Origin: Eledone cirrhosa
Taxonomy: Eukaryota
Length of the DNA stretch: 64,000 nt
Assembly: GCA_964016885.1 (NCBI GenBank)
Contig: OZ024764.1
Span: 25,110,001 to 25,174,000, forward strand
Direction of reading: 5' to 3'
The notes below the pieces were generated by a model. It was not told the origin of the DNA and did no database searches. It saw nothing but the letters and a program-made list of their open reading frames with translations. Shown here piece by piece: positions 27,829-43,511 of the stretch (position 1 is the stretch's first letter; every line of letters begins with the position of its first letter). Both the position numbers and the translations under genes were made by a program.

Positions 27829-30001
27829 ATGAAAAATAAATGTTACGGGCGAAAGAGAGGAATATCCATCGTCAGTTGTCTGCTAGGAATCATAGGTATT
27901 TCTTCGTGTTAGGGGCAAGATACTTCAGCCTAGGGTGAACTATAACTAAAATAAGTTATTGGGATAAAAAAAGAGAGGAAAGAGAGAAAAACATGTAAAC
28001 AGACACGAAGGGTGAAGCAACGTAAAGAGAGGAAAAATAGGAAATATATCAAGTCAACAACTCATTTCGAACGTAAGAATGATGAGTTTGACGACAGAGA
28101 AAACGACACGTCTTCACTGTTGCAGTGTTAGCGAGAGAAGAGGCTGCTTACAGTGGTGGACAAGGGAAGAAGTGAACTAGTGGAGAGAGGGAGTGAGTGA
28201 AAGTAAGAGGAAGCGAGAAAGAGATAGTTATAGTGGCAGGGTAGCCGAGATAAGGTGACTAGCAGAGGGGGTGAGCGAAAGTAAGAGGGAGAAGGAGAGA
28301 GAAGGGGGAGAGAGATGATAGGAAGAAGGGGAGAGAAAAGTGACGGGTCACAGCGAAGAAGGAAGCTTATATGAATAAAATGGTGAGCTGTGTGGTTGCA
28401 AATAAGTATAATGAAATAAAAATCTATCTATATAACATAGACATCTAAGGGCCTGGAGATTAGGTCACAAATTTGATCCCTCTTACAATCTGGAGATATG
28501 GTCAATATGGGCCTTAAAACCTTGAGTCCCTTTTCTTCTGTGTATGAACAGAAATAAATAATTGTTTCTACTTTTGGCACAAGGCCAGCAATTATCCAGT
28601 GCATTACTGGTACTTTATTTTATCGACCCCGTAAGGATGAAAGGCAAAGTTAACCTCGGCGGGATTTGAACTCAAACCATAAAGGGGCGTAACTCTTTGC
28701 TGCAAAGCATGGCGTCAGACCCTCTACCGATACTGCCAACCCTGAAATAATGTAATATATATATATATATATGTATGTGTGTATGTATCTATTTATATAT
28801 TTAACTATATTTTTTGTAATCACAGAGCTGGACAGAGTCCACTTCTACAACCCAGTAACGTGTAAGTTTTAGTTTTATACACTATCTAACCATTATTCTC
28901 TCTGTTCATTCCCGTCTCTCTCTATCTCTCTCTCTATATATTTATATATATATACATAAGTATGTATATATATATAAGTATGTATACGTACATACATATA
29001 TGTATCCATGTAGGGGCTCCCAAAGGAGCACTGAGTGCAATGTCAACTCTGGATGTCGGCGAGCATGTCCAGCTAACCTCAGTCTCCTGTGTGTCACCTT
29101 TGAGCTGACCTTTGGACACACTAGAAGAGGAAGACCAAGGTTAACGTATGTTGATGCCCTAAGGACAGACACTGGTCTGTTGGAGACGCAGGAGATGGCA
29201 GCGATAATGAGGGACAGAGACGCTGGAGAGAACTCGTCCATGGATCTCGGGAATTTTACCCGCCTTAGAGATATATGTATACAGACGTACAGTAGTATGT
29301 ATATCTATATACATACATGCACACACATATATATATGAACGTATGGATTCACCGAACATTTATTATAATGCTCGGTGTGTTTGTAAACAAACATCCCCAA
29401 TTATGCCTTACAGTGTCTCACTGTGTCATTTCCCACTCTTAGTACGTCTGTATACATATATGTATGTACGTATACATACTTATATTTAAGTAACAGCCGT
29501 ACTAAGAGTGAGAAATGAAATTTCGTTTCATTTTTCCATAAAGGGGCGTAACTCTTTGCTGCAAAGCATGGCGTCAGACCCTCTACCGATACTGCCAACC
29601 CTGAAATAATGTAATATATATATATATATATGTATGTGTGTATATATCTATTTATATATTGAACTATATTTTTTGTAATCACAGAGCTGGACAGAGTCTA
29701 CTTCCACAACCCAGTGACGTGTAAGTTTTAGTTTTATACACTATCTAACCATTATTCTCTCTGTTCATTCCCGTCTCTCTCTAACTTCACGATTTCATGG
29801 AAATTTGGGACTTGACTCCTTCTTCCTCACTTTTCGTTGCTTCACCATCTTTGTTTGTTTACACTCTCGTGTCCCCTTTATTTACGTGTTCCAACGACTT
29901 TTTTTAGCCGTTGCTCGCACCAACCGGAGGTATATGGTCTTTAAAGCGATGAAATACCAATGATGGTTGGAAGATCACTGATGAAGGACTAACTTTATTT
30001 A

Positions 30002-30076
<75 letters not shown>

Positions 30077-30118
30077 TGGCTGCCAACTCGTTTTCGAGTA
30101 CGGCCACTACTTTATATC

Positions 30119-33100
30119 CAGTGAAACTGCCGGCCAAACACTTGTTGTACACCACTTACCATAACTCTAGCAACCCACCACATTTATTTCTACTAAATCT
30201 CATATTTGTTAAGACTAACGTAGAGATTATAGTAATATCAATGTCTTACTGTAGCTTATAGTGTAGGTTACCATAGGGTAGGTTACTGGAGGGTAGGATA
30301 CCGTAGGGTAGGTTACTGTAGGGTAGGGTACCATAGGGTAGGTTACCATAGGGTAGGTTACCATAGGGTAGGTTACTGTAGGCTAGGTTACTGTAGGGTA
30401 GGATACTGTAGGGTAGGTTACCATAGGGTAGATTACTGGAGGCTAGGATACCGTAGGGTAGGTTACCATATGGTAGGTTACCATATGGTAGGTTACCATA
30501 GGGTAGGTTACTGTAGGGTAGGTTACTGTAGGGTAGGTTACTGTAGGCTAGGATACTGTAAGGTAGGTTACTGTAGGGTAGGATACCGTAAGGTAGGTTA
30601 CTGTAGGGTAGGTTACTGTAGGGTAGGATACCGTAAGGTAGGTTACCATAGGGTAGGTTACTGTAGGGTAGGGTACCGTAAGGTAGGTTACCATAGGGTA
30701 GGTTACTAGAGGGTAGGTTACTGTAGGGTAGGTTACTGTAAGGTAGGTTACTGTAGGGTAGGTTACTCTAGGGTAGGTTACTGTAGGGTAGGATACCGTA
30801 AGGTAGGTTACCATAGGGTAGGTTACTGTAGGGTAGGATACCGTAAGGTAGGTTACCATAGGGTAGGTTACTGGAGGGTAGGTTACTGTAGGGTAGGTTA
30901 CTGTAAGGTAGGTTACTGTAGGGTAGGATACCGTAAGGTAGGTTCTGTAGGGTAGGTTACTGTAGGGTAGGATACCGTAAGGTAGGTTACCATAGGGTAG
31001 GTTACTGTAGGGTAGGATACCGTAAGGTAGGTTACCATAGGGTAGGTTACTGTAGGGTAGGATACCGTAAGGTAGGTTACCATAGGGTAGGTTAGTGTAG
31101 TGTAGGTTACTGTAGTGTAGGATACCGTAAGGTAGGTTACCATAGGGTAGGTTAGTGTAGTGTAGGTTACTGTAGGGCAGAATACCGTAAGGTAGGTTAC
31201 TGTAGGCTAGGATACTGTAAGGTAGGTTACTGTAGGGTAGGATACCGTAAGGTAGGTTACTGTAGGGTAGGTTACTGTAGGGTAGGTTACTGTAGGGTAG
31301 GATACCGTAAGGTAGGTTTACATAGGGTAGGTTACTGTAGGGTAGGGTACCGTAAGGTAGGTTACCATAGGGTAGGTTACTGGAGGGTAGGTTACTGTAG
31401 GGTAGGTTACTGTAAGGTAGGTTACTGTAGGGTAGGATACCGTAAGGTAGGTTACTGTAGGGTAGGTTACTGTAGGGTAGGATACCGTAAGGTAGGTTAC
31501 CATAGGGTAGTTTACTGTAGGTTAGGATACTGTAAGGTAGGTTACCATAGGGTAGGTTACTGTAGGGTAGGATACCATAAGGTAGGTTACCATAGGGTAG
31601 GTTAGTGTAGTGTAGGTTACTGTAGTGTAGGATACCGTAAGGTAGGTTACCATAGGGTAGGTTAGTGTAGTGTAGGTTACTGTAGGGCAGGATACCTTAA
31701 GGTAGGTTACCATAGGGTAGGTTAGTGTAGTGTAGGTTACTGTAGGGTAGGATACCGTAAGGTAGGTTACCATAGGGTAGGTTACCATAGGGTAGGTTAG
31801 TGTAGGGTAGGCTACTGTAGGGTAGGTTACTGTAGGGTAGGTTACCATAAGGCAGGTTACCATAGAGTAAGGTACCTAAGTTTAGGTTACCATAGGGTAG
31901 GTTATTTAGGCTAGGTTACTGTAGGTTAGGTTACTGTATGGTAGGTTGCCATAGGGTAGGTTATCATAGTGTAGGTTACCATAGGGTAGGTTTCTGGAGG
32001 GTAGGTTATTATAGGGTAGGTTACCATAGTGTAGGTTACCATAGCGTAGGTTACCATAGGGTAGATTACCATAGGGTAGGTTACTGGAGGGTAGGTTATT
32101 ATAGGGTAGGTTAACATAGGGTAGGTTAACATACTGTAGCTTACCATAGGGTAGGTTATTATAGGGTAGGTTATTATAGGGTAGGTTACCATAGGGTAGC
32201 TTACTGGAGGGTAGGTTATCATAGGGAGGGTTACCATTGGGTAGGTTACTGTAGGGTAGGGTAGGTTACTATAGGGTAGGTTACTATAGGGTACGTTATT
32301 ATAGGGAAGGTTACCAATGGGTAGGTTACTGTAGGGTAGGTTACCATAGGGTAGGTTACTGTAGTGTACCGTAGTGTAGGTTACCATAGGGTAGGTTACC
32401 ATAGGGTACGTTATTATAGGGTAGGTTTCCATAACGTAGGTTTCCATAGGGTACGTTAGCATAGGGTAGGTTACCTTATGGTAGGTTACCATAGGGTAGG
32501 TTACCATATGGTAGGTTACCTTAGGGTAGGTTACCATAGGGTAAGTTACTATAGGTTAGGTTACCATAGGGTAGGTTACCGTAGTGTAGGTTAATGTAGG
32601 GTAGGTTACTATAGGATAGAGTACCATAGGGTAGGTTACAATAGGGTATGGTACCATAGGGTAGGTTACCATAGGGTAGGTTACCATAGGTTAGGTTACC
32701 TTACGTTAGGTTACAATAGGTTAGGTTATCATAGGTTAGTATACTATAGGATAATGTTACCATAGGGCATGTTAGCATAGGCTTGGTTACCATAGGGGAG
32801 GTTACTATAGGTTGTTACCATAGGGTAGGTTACCATAGGGTAGGTAACTATATGGTAGGTTACTGTAGGGTAGATTACCATAAGGTAGGTTACTATAGGG
32901 TAGGTTACCATAGGGTTGATTACCTTAAGGTAGGTTACCATAGGGTAGGTTACCTTAGGGTAGGTTACTATAGGGTAGAGTACCATAGGGTAGGTTACTC
33001 TAGGGTAGATTACCATAGGGTAGGTTACCATAGGGTAGGTTACCATAGGGTAGGTTACCATAAGGGAGGTTATTATAGGGTAGGCTACCATAAGCTAGGT

Positions 33101-34153
33101 TACAATCGGGTTGGTTACTACAAGATAGGTTACCATAGGGTAGGTTAGCATAGTGTAGGTTACTATAGGGTAGGTTACCATAAGTTAGGTTACTATAGGG
33201 TAGGTTATATATGACAGTTTACCATAGTGTAGGTTACCATAGGGTAGGTTACCATAAGGTGGGTTATCATAGGCAGGTTACCATATGTTAGGTTACCATA
33301 AGTAGGTTACCATAGGCTAGTTTACCATAGGTAGGTTACTATAGGGTAGATTACTGTAGGGTAGATTACCATAAGGTAGGTTACTATAGGGTAGGTTACC
33401 ATAGGGTTGATTACCTTAAGGTAGGTTACCATAGGGTAGGTTACCTTAGGTTAGGTTACTATAGGGTAGAGTACCATAGGGTAGGTTACTCTAGGGTAGA
33501 TTACCATAGGGTAGGTTACCATAGGGTAGGTTACCATAGGGTAGGTTCCCATAAGGGAGGTTATTATAGTGTAGGCTACCATAAGCTAGGTTACAATCGG
33601 GTTGGTTACTATAAGATAGGTTACCATAGGGTAGGTTACCATAGTGTAGGTTACTATAGGGTAGGTTACCATAAGTTAGGTTACTATAGGGTAGGTTATA
33701 TATGACAGTTTACTATAGGGTAGGTTACCATAGGGTAGGTTACCATAAGGTGGGTTATCATAGGCAGGTTACCATATGTTAGGTTACCATAAGTAGGTTA
33801 CCATAGGCTAGTTTACCATAGGTAGGTTACCAGAGGTTGTCATAGGGTAGCTTACCATACCATAGGTTACCACAGTGTAGGTTAGCATAGGGTAGGTTAC
33901 CATACCATATGTTTGTTAAGGTTAGGCTAGGCTGGTTTACTCGGTGAGTTAGAACTCACTTGTGACTGTAGTGTTTTAGAAGAAGGGTCTTAACATTTAG
34001 TGCACCACTAAATTTTTTAGCTGATTCCCCTGCAACTGCCTTATTTTGGGGGGGTCGTCTTATCAATGCAATAGGGTCCTAAACCTAAGTTACACCTCAG
34101 AATTTTAGGGGCCGACCTATGTACCAGATAGACTTGTACACCGGCATATATGG
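30119..34153. mobile_element. Copy of the minisatellite-bearing TIR element (array 30261-33910)
   Basis: Paralog of 2946-6980. Confidence 0.8.
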
Positions 34154-36165
34154 TATATATATATATATGCAAAGAGAGAGAGAGAAAGAGGAAGTGAGAG
34201 AGATGCATTAAAACAATAACAGAAGGTCTGACTGGAGAATTTACTTTAGAATTTTAAGAGAAAAGAGGAAGGTTTCAGACTTCTGGAATTCCTTCACGAA
34301 AATGTCCAATTTATCTGTAACAAACTTCAAGAAACGAGACAACCACTTAATAACCTATAGATCAAGTTAGCCCACCAGCTAGATAGATTTCATTGTTACC
34401 AGAAGACAGAGTGACTGTTATAAACACAAAGTCCGTCCCTAGTGAAGAATGCACCTCCCAACATACCTTAGAAGACAACCTGGAAGAAAAGAGTAGAGAT
34501 CAAAATCAAAAGGTCTTAAAGTCAATTTGGTAAAGATTAAAGTTCTAGTAAGTAGAAAGGAAAACAGGGCCCAGATCTCTTCAGGTAAACTGTCCTGCTC
34601 AGTGTGCAGAAAAGGAGTAGGTAGGAATTCCATCCTATGTCCCATATAGAAATGATGGGTACACAAAAGATGTAGTGCGATCTCAGGAAGGCTAACAAAG
34701 AACGTAGCTTCTACATGGGGCCAATGAACAGGGGCAGTAAATAACAAGAGCTCTCAGGTTACAATCTCCTTCAAATGCCCAGAAATCTCTGTAGAGGTGG
34801 TAGATAGTTTCTGTTACCTGGGTGACCAAATCAGCAGTGGAGTAGGGTGGTCCAAAAACTCAGTAACCAGAGTGAGATTAGATTGGCGAAAGTGCAGGGA
34901 TCTACTACTACTGCTAACTACAAAAGGTTTTTCCCTCAAAATGAAGGGCAGATTGTCTGATGCAAGTATACAAACAACAATGTTGCACAGCAGCGCGACC
35001 CGGGCACTGTCCGCAGAAGATCTGTAAAGATTGGAAAGAAATGAAGCCTCCATGCTTCAATGGATGTGCCATAGTAATATATGCAAATGGCAAAACATAA
35101 ATGTACTGTGAGAGAAATTAGGCATAAGAGGGATTAGATGCAGTGTGCAGGAGAGGGATTGTTTTGGTTTAGACATGTGATGTGTATGAAGGGTGACAGC
35201 AATACAAAAAGGTTCGAAACGCACAAAGTTGACAGAAGCCATGGAGTGGGCAGGTCTAGGAAGACTTGGGATGAGGTAAGGAAAGCTGACTTTGCACAAT
35301 TACACCTAGCTAAGGCAATGACACAGGATGTTGACCTCTGGCGCTATGCACAATTATAGAGGACCTGCCCTCATAAAGACACGAGCTGAGGCATATATCT
35401 AGTATGTAACACCTTCCCCACCATCATCCCTCCCAAACATCTTAATTGATGTTATCATCCCACCCCTATAACAACATCCACAATCCACCAGACATTTTCC
35501 CTACCAAGTTCCCAAACTTCACCATAAAGAGGTCCCACTGCAGCCATGACAACGTGTCCAGTCCACACTGTACAGTGTTCATGTAGGTGTCCCGACAAAA
35601 AGCACCCAGCACACTGTACAAATGTGGTTGGCATTAGAAAGGGCATCCAACCATAAAAACCAAGCTAAAATCAGTTCCATGTGAGTGAAACATGGTCCTC
35701 TGACCTGATCTCCCACAAAGGGACAACCCATCCAACACATTGCCATTCCTTAAGTGCCTTTCCAGACATCAAGGCCACCTGGCACACACAAGTCAGCCAG
35801 AGAATACCTTCTTTATTTAAGGCTTTTAACATCTGAAGCCAGATTTCATCTTCCCCAGCAGTTTTACCACATTTGAGCTCTTTAACTGCTCTTGTGATCT
35901 CAGCCTCTGAGAGATTAGTCACCACTCCCAGATACACCTCATCTACATCCAAAGATGCTGTTGTGGTCGGGTTTAGGAGGTCAGCAACATATTCTCTCCA
36001 CCTTGTGGGGATGCACCTTTCTGAAAATAGGAGAACCCAGGATTAATACTTGATAGCAGGTGTGGAGGAAGGCTTCGTATTACGAAGGCCGCAGATGATC
36101 TGCAAGATCACATTATTTGCATATATGTGTATATATATACACATATATATATATATATATATGTG

Positions 36166-36245
<80 letters not shown>

Positions 36246-38439
36246 TTTATATATATATGTGTGTGTGTGTGTATATATATATATACACATATATATATAT
36301 ATATATAATGAAAAATAAATGTTACGAGCGAAAGAGAGGAATATCCATCGTCAGTTGTCTGCTAGGAATCATAGGTGTTTCTTCGTGTTAGGGGTAAGAT
36401 ACCTCAGCCTAGGGTGAACTATAACTAAAATAAGTTATTGGGATAAAAAAAAGGGGGGAAAGAGAGAAAAACATGTAAACAGACACGAAGGGTGAAGCAA
36501 CGTAAAGAGAGGAAAAATAGGAAATATATCAAGTCAACAACTCATTTCGAACGTAAGAATGGTGGTGAGTTTGACGACAGAGAAAGCGACACGTCTTCAC
36601 TGTAGCAGTGTTAGCGAGAGAAGAGGCTGCTTACAGTGGTGGACAAGGGAGGAAGTGAACTAGTGGAGAGAGGGAGTGAGTGAAAGTAAGAGGAAGCGAA
36701 AAAGAGATAGTTATAGTGGCAGGGTAGCCGAGATAAGGTGACTAGCAGAGGGGGTGAGCGAAAGTAAGAGGGAGAAGGAGAGAGAAGGGGGAGAGAGATG
36801 ATAGGAAGAAGGGGAGAGAAAAGTGACGGGTCACAGCGAAGAAGGAAGCTTATATGAATAAAATGGTGAGCTGTGTGGTTGCAAATAAGTATAATGAAAT
36901 AAAAATCTATCTATATAACATAGACATCTAAGGGCCTGGAGATTAGGTCACAAATTTGATCCCTCTTACAATCTGGAGATATGGTCAATATGGGCCTTAA
37001 AACCTTGAGTCCCTTTTCTTCTGTGTATGAACAGAAATAAATAATTGTTTCTACTTTTGGCACAAGGCCAGCAATTATTCAGTGCATTATTAGTACTTTA
37101 TTTTATCGACCCCCTAAGGATGAAAGGCAAAGTTAACCTCGGCGGGATTTGAACTCAAACCATAAAGGGGCGTAACTCTTTGCTGCAAAGCATGGCGTCA
37201 GACCCTCTACCGATACTGCCAACCCTGAAATAATGTAATATATATATATATGTATGTGTGTATGTATCTATTTATATATTTAACTATATTTTTTGTAATC
37301 ACAGAGCTAGACAGAGTCCACTTCCACAACCCAGTAACGTGTAAGTTTTAGTTTTATACACTATCTAACCATTATTCTCTCTGTTCATTCCCGTCTCTCT
37401 CTATCTCTCTCTCTATATATTTATATATATATACATAAGTATGTATATATATATAAGTATGTATACGTACATACATATATGTATCCATGTAGGGGCTCCC
37501 AAAGGAGCACTGAGTGCAATGTCAACTCTGGATGTCGGTGAGCATGTCCAGCTAACCTCAGTCTCCTCTGTGTCACCTTTGAGCTGACCTTTGGACACAC
37601 TAGAAGAGGAAGACCAAGGTTAACGTATGTTGATGCCTTAAGGACAGACACTGGTCTGTTGGAGTCGCAGGAGATGGCAGCGATAATGAGGGACAGAGAC
37701 GCTGGAGAGAACTCGTCCATGGATCTCGCCTTAGAGATATATGTATACAGACGTACAGTAGTATGTATATCTATATACATACATGCACACACATATATAT
37801 ATGAACGTATGGATTCACCGAACATTTATTATAATGCTCGGTGTGTTTGTAAACAAACATCCCCAAGTATGCCTTACAGTGTCTCACTGTGTCATTTCCC
37901 ACTCTTAGTACGTGTGTATACATATATGTATGTACGTATACATACTTATATTTAAGTAATAGCCGTACTAAGAGTGAGAAATGAAAATTCGTTTCATTTT
38001 TCCGTTTATCCTTTTCGGTACCCCGGCCGATTAACTCACTCGATATGAAAATTAGGCTGCTCAGATGTTAATATGCATAAGCAGAGTATATACTTTCAGA
38101 CGTTCAACCATCTGGCAGGAAGGTATACGTTGCTGACGATATCTAATAAGCTTGAAACTAGTACATCATTCCTTTGTCAGTGTTGAACAAATGAGCAACG
38201 ATGGTTGGTAAACACTGTACGGCTTAATTCGGGATGTTTGTTTACAAATACACCGAGCATTATAATAAATGTTCGGTAAATCCATTCGTACATATATATA
38301 TATGTGTGCATGTATGTATATATATATACATACTACTGTACGTCTGTATACATATATGTATGTACGTATACATACTTATATTTAAGTAACAGCCGTACTA
38401 AGAGTGAGAAATGAAATTTCGTTTCATTTTTTCTGCTTA

Positions 38440-39370
38440 TCTATATATATAAAACTGTGGTTGTCTGTCTATCTATCGATTTTTGGCACACATCTCCTCT
38501 TAGAATCTCTCACGGAATTGCACTGAAATTGCTATACTTGTACATTGAGCCCTAGCGAAGACATCGGAAAAAAAAATATTTCAAATTGACCCACCCTATG
38601 TGACGAAATCGAATATAATGTATCGATTTTTGAGCGTAAGTGATCAGTTATTTCCCTTTGTTCTGTTTACATTGAGCGTCTTACGTAAAAAATTACGCTG
38701 GCTTTAACAGTTGTCGAGCCAGCAAAATATTGACCTGCAAAATTCATCAGTTCGAACACTAAGCTTCCGTTTTGCTTCATTTCCATTTAAAAGCATTTTA
38801 AAACAATATTTTTACTTGAAAACAAGTCTATTTAAAGACTACGTAAAACAAGCAAATATTTCGTCGTTAGGCGTGCAGACAGACAGTCGTGCAGACAGAC
38901 AGTCGTGCAGACAGACAGTCGTGCAGAGAGGTGATATAGGCGTGCAGACAGACAGTCGTGCAGAGAGGTGATATAGGCGTGCAGACAGATAGTCGTGCAG
39001 AGAGGTGATATAGGCGTGCAGACAGACAGTCGTGCAGAGAGGTGATATAGGCGTGCAGACAGACATAACTGATAATTTGGTTACGTTAATGTTTTTCTCT
39101 GCGTTGCAGTGTTTACATTTTCGATCTTTGTTAATAAATAACCAGTGCAGTTTCTATCCCCAGCATCCTCTTTTGTTATAACATTCGGGTTATCGTTATG
39201 TTTTCTTAACTTCATAAGGCATATTGTTGGTTGAGGGAATATTAATCATAAACACCACATGCAAGTCTGCACAGTAGACACTACAGTTTTTAAGCCAAGA
39301 AAGAAACTTAACATTGTAACTTTAACACAGCTACTGAGCGACCCCGAGCAACGCCGGGCTTTACTGCTAG
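38440..39370 (+). mobile_element. Non-autonomous Helitron with expanded internal VNTR
   Basis: Paralog of 11333-12120 with extra 37-bp and 16-bp units at 38870-39065. Confidence 0.85.
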
Positions 39371-39609
39371 TATATATATATAGTAAGGTGTATTATTAGT
39401 TGTGTAAAACGGTCCAATAAATTTTTGTTACCAATATTAAGTTCTCCACGCTTTTGTATATCTCCAATTCCATTCAAGGGAACAGCTAGATGATGTAAAA
39501 CGGAGTATTTCTATCAAAATGAAAATCCGAAGGCAAGGTAAAATTTCCAATCATTTTAATCCCGTCGTGATTAAAATGATTGGAAATTTTACCCTCCCTT
39601 CGGATTTTC

Positions 39610-39669
<60 letters not shown>

Positions 39670-40267
39670 GAAAGTATAGAAATTATTGTGAGCGTGAAGC
39701 CAACAGCATTTCATAATATAAGTGACTATAACGTCAGAATGGAAAATAATTAACGTAAGATGTGGGAAAAATAATTCAAACTAAATAAAAAAAAAATCAA
39801 GACAGATTTATCCATAGAATTTTGTGAAATCCAGGGAAAAATCAATAGAGCCTTAACTCTGAATAAAATAAAGTTTAAATACTCATCCTTCAATTTGGAA
39901 AAACTTCAAACGCTCTATATAGTCTTAAAAAGACTATTTCACGAAACTTTCAGTGGGGATGGTGACGGTTGGAACCGTTCATCAGTAGAGCTCAACATGG
40001 TAACCCTAAACCACTGCCAGAATATGCTAAAAAGTTGACATTTGGAGCCTAAAAATATCTCTTCAAAACCAGGGGTCGGCTTGTCTGCTAAATATAGTAT
40101 GTTAACCTTTACCACTGAGGGGTAACAGTGAAACTGCCGGCCAAACACTTGTTGTACACCACTTACCATAACTCTAGCAACCCACCACATTTATTTCTAC
40201 TGAATCTCATATTTGTTAAGACTAACGGAGAGATTATAGTAATATCAATGTCTTACTGTAGCTTATA

Positions 40268-41943
40268 GTGTAGGTTACCATAGGGTAGGTTACTGTAGGG
40301 TAGGATACCGTAGGGTAGGTTACTGTAGGGTAGGGTACCGTAAGGTAGGTTACCATAGGGTAGGTTACTGGAGGCTAGGATACCGTAGGGTAGGTTACTG
40401 TAGGGTAGGGTACCGTAAGGTAGGTTACCATAGGGTAGGTTACTGGAGGCTAGGATACCGTAGGGTAGGTTACTGTAGGGTAGGTTACCATAGGGTAGGT
40501 TACTGGAGGCTAGGATACCGTAGGGTAGGTTACCATAGGGTAGGTTACCATAGGGTAGGTTACCATAGGGTAGGTTACTGTAGGGTAGGTTACTGTAGGC
40601 TAGGATACCGTAGGGTAGGTTACTGTAGGGTAGGGTACCGTAAGGTAGGTTACCATAGGGTAGGTTACTGGAGGCTAGGATACCGTAGGGTAAGTTACCA
40701 TAGGGTAGGTTACCATAGGGTAGGTTACGGTAGGGTAGGTTACTGTAGGCTAGGATACCGTAGGGTAGGTTACTGTAGGGTAGGGTACCGTAAGGTAGGT
40801 TACCATAGGGTAGGTTACTGGAGTCTAGGATACCGTAGGGTAAGTTACCATAGGGTAGGTTACCATAGGGTAGGTTACTGTAGGGTAGGTTACTGTAGGG
40901 TAGGTTACCATAGGGTAGGTTACTGGAGGCTAGGATACCGTATGGTAGTTACTGTAGGGTAGGGTACCGTAAGGTAGGTTACCTTCGGGTAGGTTACTGG
41001 AGGCTAGGATACCGTATGGTAGTTACTGTAGGGTAGGGTACCGTAAGGTAGGTTACCTTAGGGTAGGTTACTGGAGGCTAGGATACCGTAGGGTAGGTTA
41101 CCATAGGGTAGGTTACCATAGGGTAGGTTACCATAGGGTAGGTTACTGTAGGGTAGGTTACTGTAGGGTAGGTTACCCTAGGGTAGGTTACTGGAGGCTA
41201 GGATACCGTATGGTAGTTACTGTAGGGTAGGGTACCGTAAGGTAGGTTACCATATGGTAGGTTACCATAGGGTAGGTTAGCATGGGGTAGGTTACTGTAG
41301 GGTAGGTTACTGTAGGGTAGGTTACCATAGGGTAGGTTACTGTAGGCTAGGTTACCATAGGGTAGGTTACCATAAGGTAGGTTAGCATAGGCTAGGTTAC
41401 TGTAGGGTAGGTTACTGTAGGGTATGTTACTGTAGGGTAGGTTACCATAGGGTAGGTTACTGTAGGCTAGGATAACGTATGGTAGGTTACTGTAGGGTAG
41501 GGTACCGTAAGGTAGGTTACCTTAGGATAGGTTACCATAGGGTAGGTTACTGTAGGGTAGGTTACTCTAGGGTAGGTTACTGTAGGGTAGGTTACCATAG
41601 GGTAGGTTACTGTAGGCTAGGATACCGTATGGTAGGTTACTGTAGGGCAGGGTACCGTAAGGTAGGTTACCATAGGGTAGGTTACCATAGGGTAGGTTAC
41701 TTTAAGGTAGGTTACTGTAGGCTAGGTTATTGTAGGCTAGGTTACTCTAGGGTTGTTTACCATAGGGTAGGTTATCATAGTGTAGGTTACCATAGGGTAG
41801 GTTTCTGGAGGGTAGGTTATTATAGGGTAGGTTATTATAGGGTAGGTTACCATAGGGTAGGTTACCATATGTAGGTTGCAATAGGGTAGGTTACTGGAGG
41901 GTAGGTTATCATAGGGTACGTTAACATAGGGTAGGTTAACATA
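40268..41943 (+). repeat. 15-bp G-rich minisatellite, truncated at a duplication breakpoint
   Basis: Same unit; abuts RTE 3' sequence at 41944. Confidence 0.95.
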
Positions 41944-42130
41944 CTGCACTCAGTGCTCCTGTGGGAGCCCCTACATGGACACACTAGAAGAGGAAGACCA
42001 AGGTTAACGTATGTTGATGCCCTAAGGACAGACAATGGTCTGTTGGAGATGCAGGACATGGCAGCGATAATGAGGGACAGAGACCGCTGGAGAGAATTCG
42101 TCCATGGATCTCGGGAATTTTACCCGCCTT

Positions 42131-42191
<61 letters not shown>

Positions 42192-43137
42192 AATCTATCT
42201 ATATAACATAGACACCTAAGTGCCTGAAGCTTAGGTTACAAATTTGATCCCTCTTACAATCTGGAGATATGCTCAATATTGGGCCTTGAAACCTTAAGTC
42301 CCCTTTGTTCTGTGTATGAACAGAAATAAATAATGTAATATATATATATGTATGTATGTGTATCAATTTATATATTTAACTATATTTTTCTCATCACAGG
42401 AAACAATTTTGTAGCTGGTTTGCTGAACACAAGTGTTTAGGGTAAGTGTTATCTTAACACACTGTCTAACCATTGTTTAATCTGCTCCTTCCACAACCTC
42501 TCCCTTTATACACACAGACACATATACATATGTATACACACACACACATATATATACACCTATATATATATATGTATACAGACACACACATATATATATA
42601 TATATACACATATATATATATACACATATATACATCTATATAAACACACATATATATATACACATATATATATATACATATATACAAGCGAGACACGGCC
42701 TGCCGACCAATCTCGCCTTAAGTGGGACAAAACCGTCCAACCCATGCTGGCGTGGAAGATGGACTTTAAATGATGATGATATATACACACTGACACATAT
42801 TATACATATATATATACACATATATATACGCATATATATATATATATAAAAACAAATAACGAAACGAAATTAAATTTCGTTTCGCTTCTAACTCACTTTT
42901 GTATGACTGACGCTTAAACAATTAAGTTAAAGTGTACATCTACATATGTATACGGAAGTATTAGTATGCATATAAATACACACATGTATACATATGTACA
43001 TGTACTCAGCTTTTCACTAGACACTTTACAGTGAGTGTCAGCTAGTCTGTATGTAACCACACAGGCGGACCGGGTTTTAGAGTCATACGAGTTTTCAAGG
43101 AAACACATTTCCTCTATTCTCCAGAGGGCCAGACAGG

Positions 43138-43182
43138 AATATTGGACTAGTTTCGATGTTATTACATCTCATCAGCAATATT
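43138..43182 (-). ncRNA. Type I hammerhead ribozyme (inverted arm)
   Basis: Reverse complement reads aatattg CTGATGA gatgt aata acatc GAAAC TA GTC caatatt. Confidence 0.9.
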
Positions 43183-43466
43183 TACCTATCTTCCGGCTTC
43201 ATATACATATGTAGATGTACACTTCCGTATACATATGTAGATGTACACTTTAACTTAATTGTTTAAGCGTCAGTCATACAAAAGTGAGTTAGAAGCGAAA
43301 CGAAATTTAATTTCGTTTCGTTATTTGTTTTTATCGTTTCCGCTGAACCGGTGCGTACAATGACTCACGTTCTATGCAAATTAGTCTACCCACTACTAAT
43401 TTTCATAGAAAAAGCATATAACGATATGTGCTTTTACAATTCTCCAGAGAAGCCGGAAGATGGGTA

Positions 43467-43511
43467 AATATTGCTGATGAGATGTAATAACATCGAAACT
43501 AGTCCAATATT
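43467..43511 (+). ncRNA. Type I hammerhead ribozyme; predicted cleavage after C43504
   Basis: aatattg CTGATGA gatgt aata acatc GAAAC TA GTC caatatt; stem I extends over 43440-43532. Confidence 0.93.
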
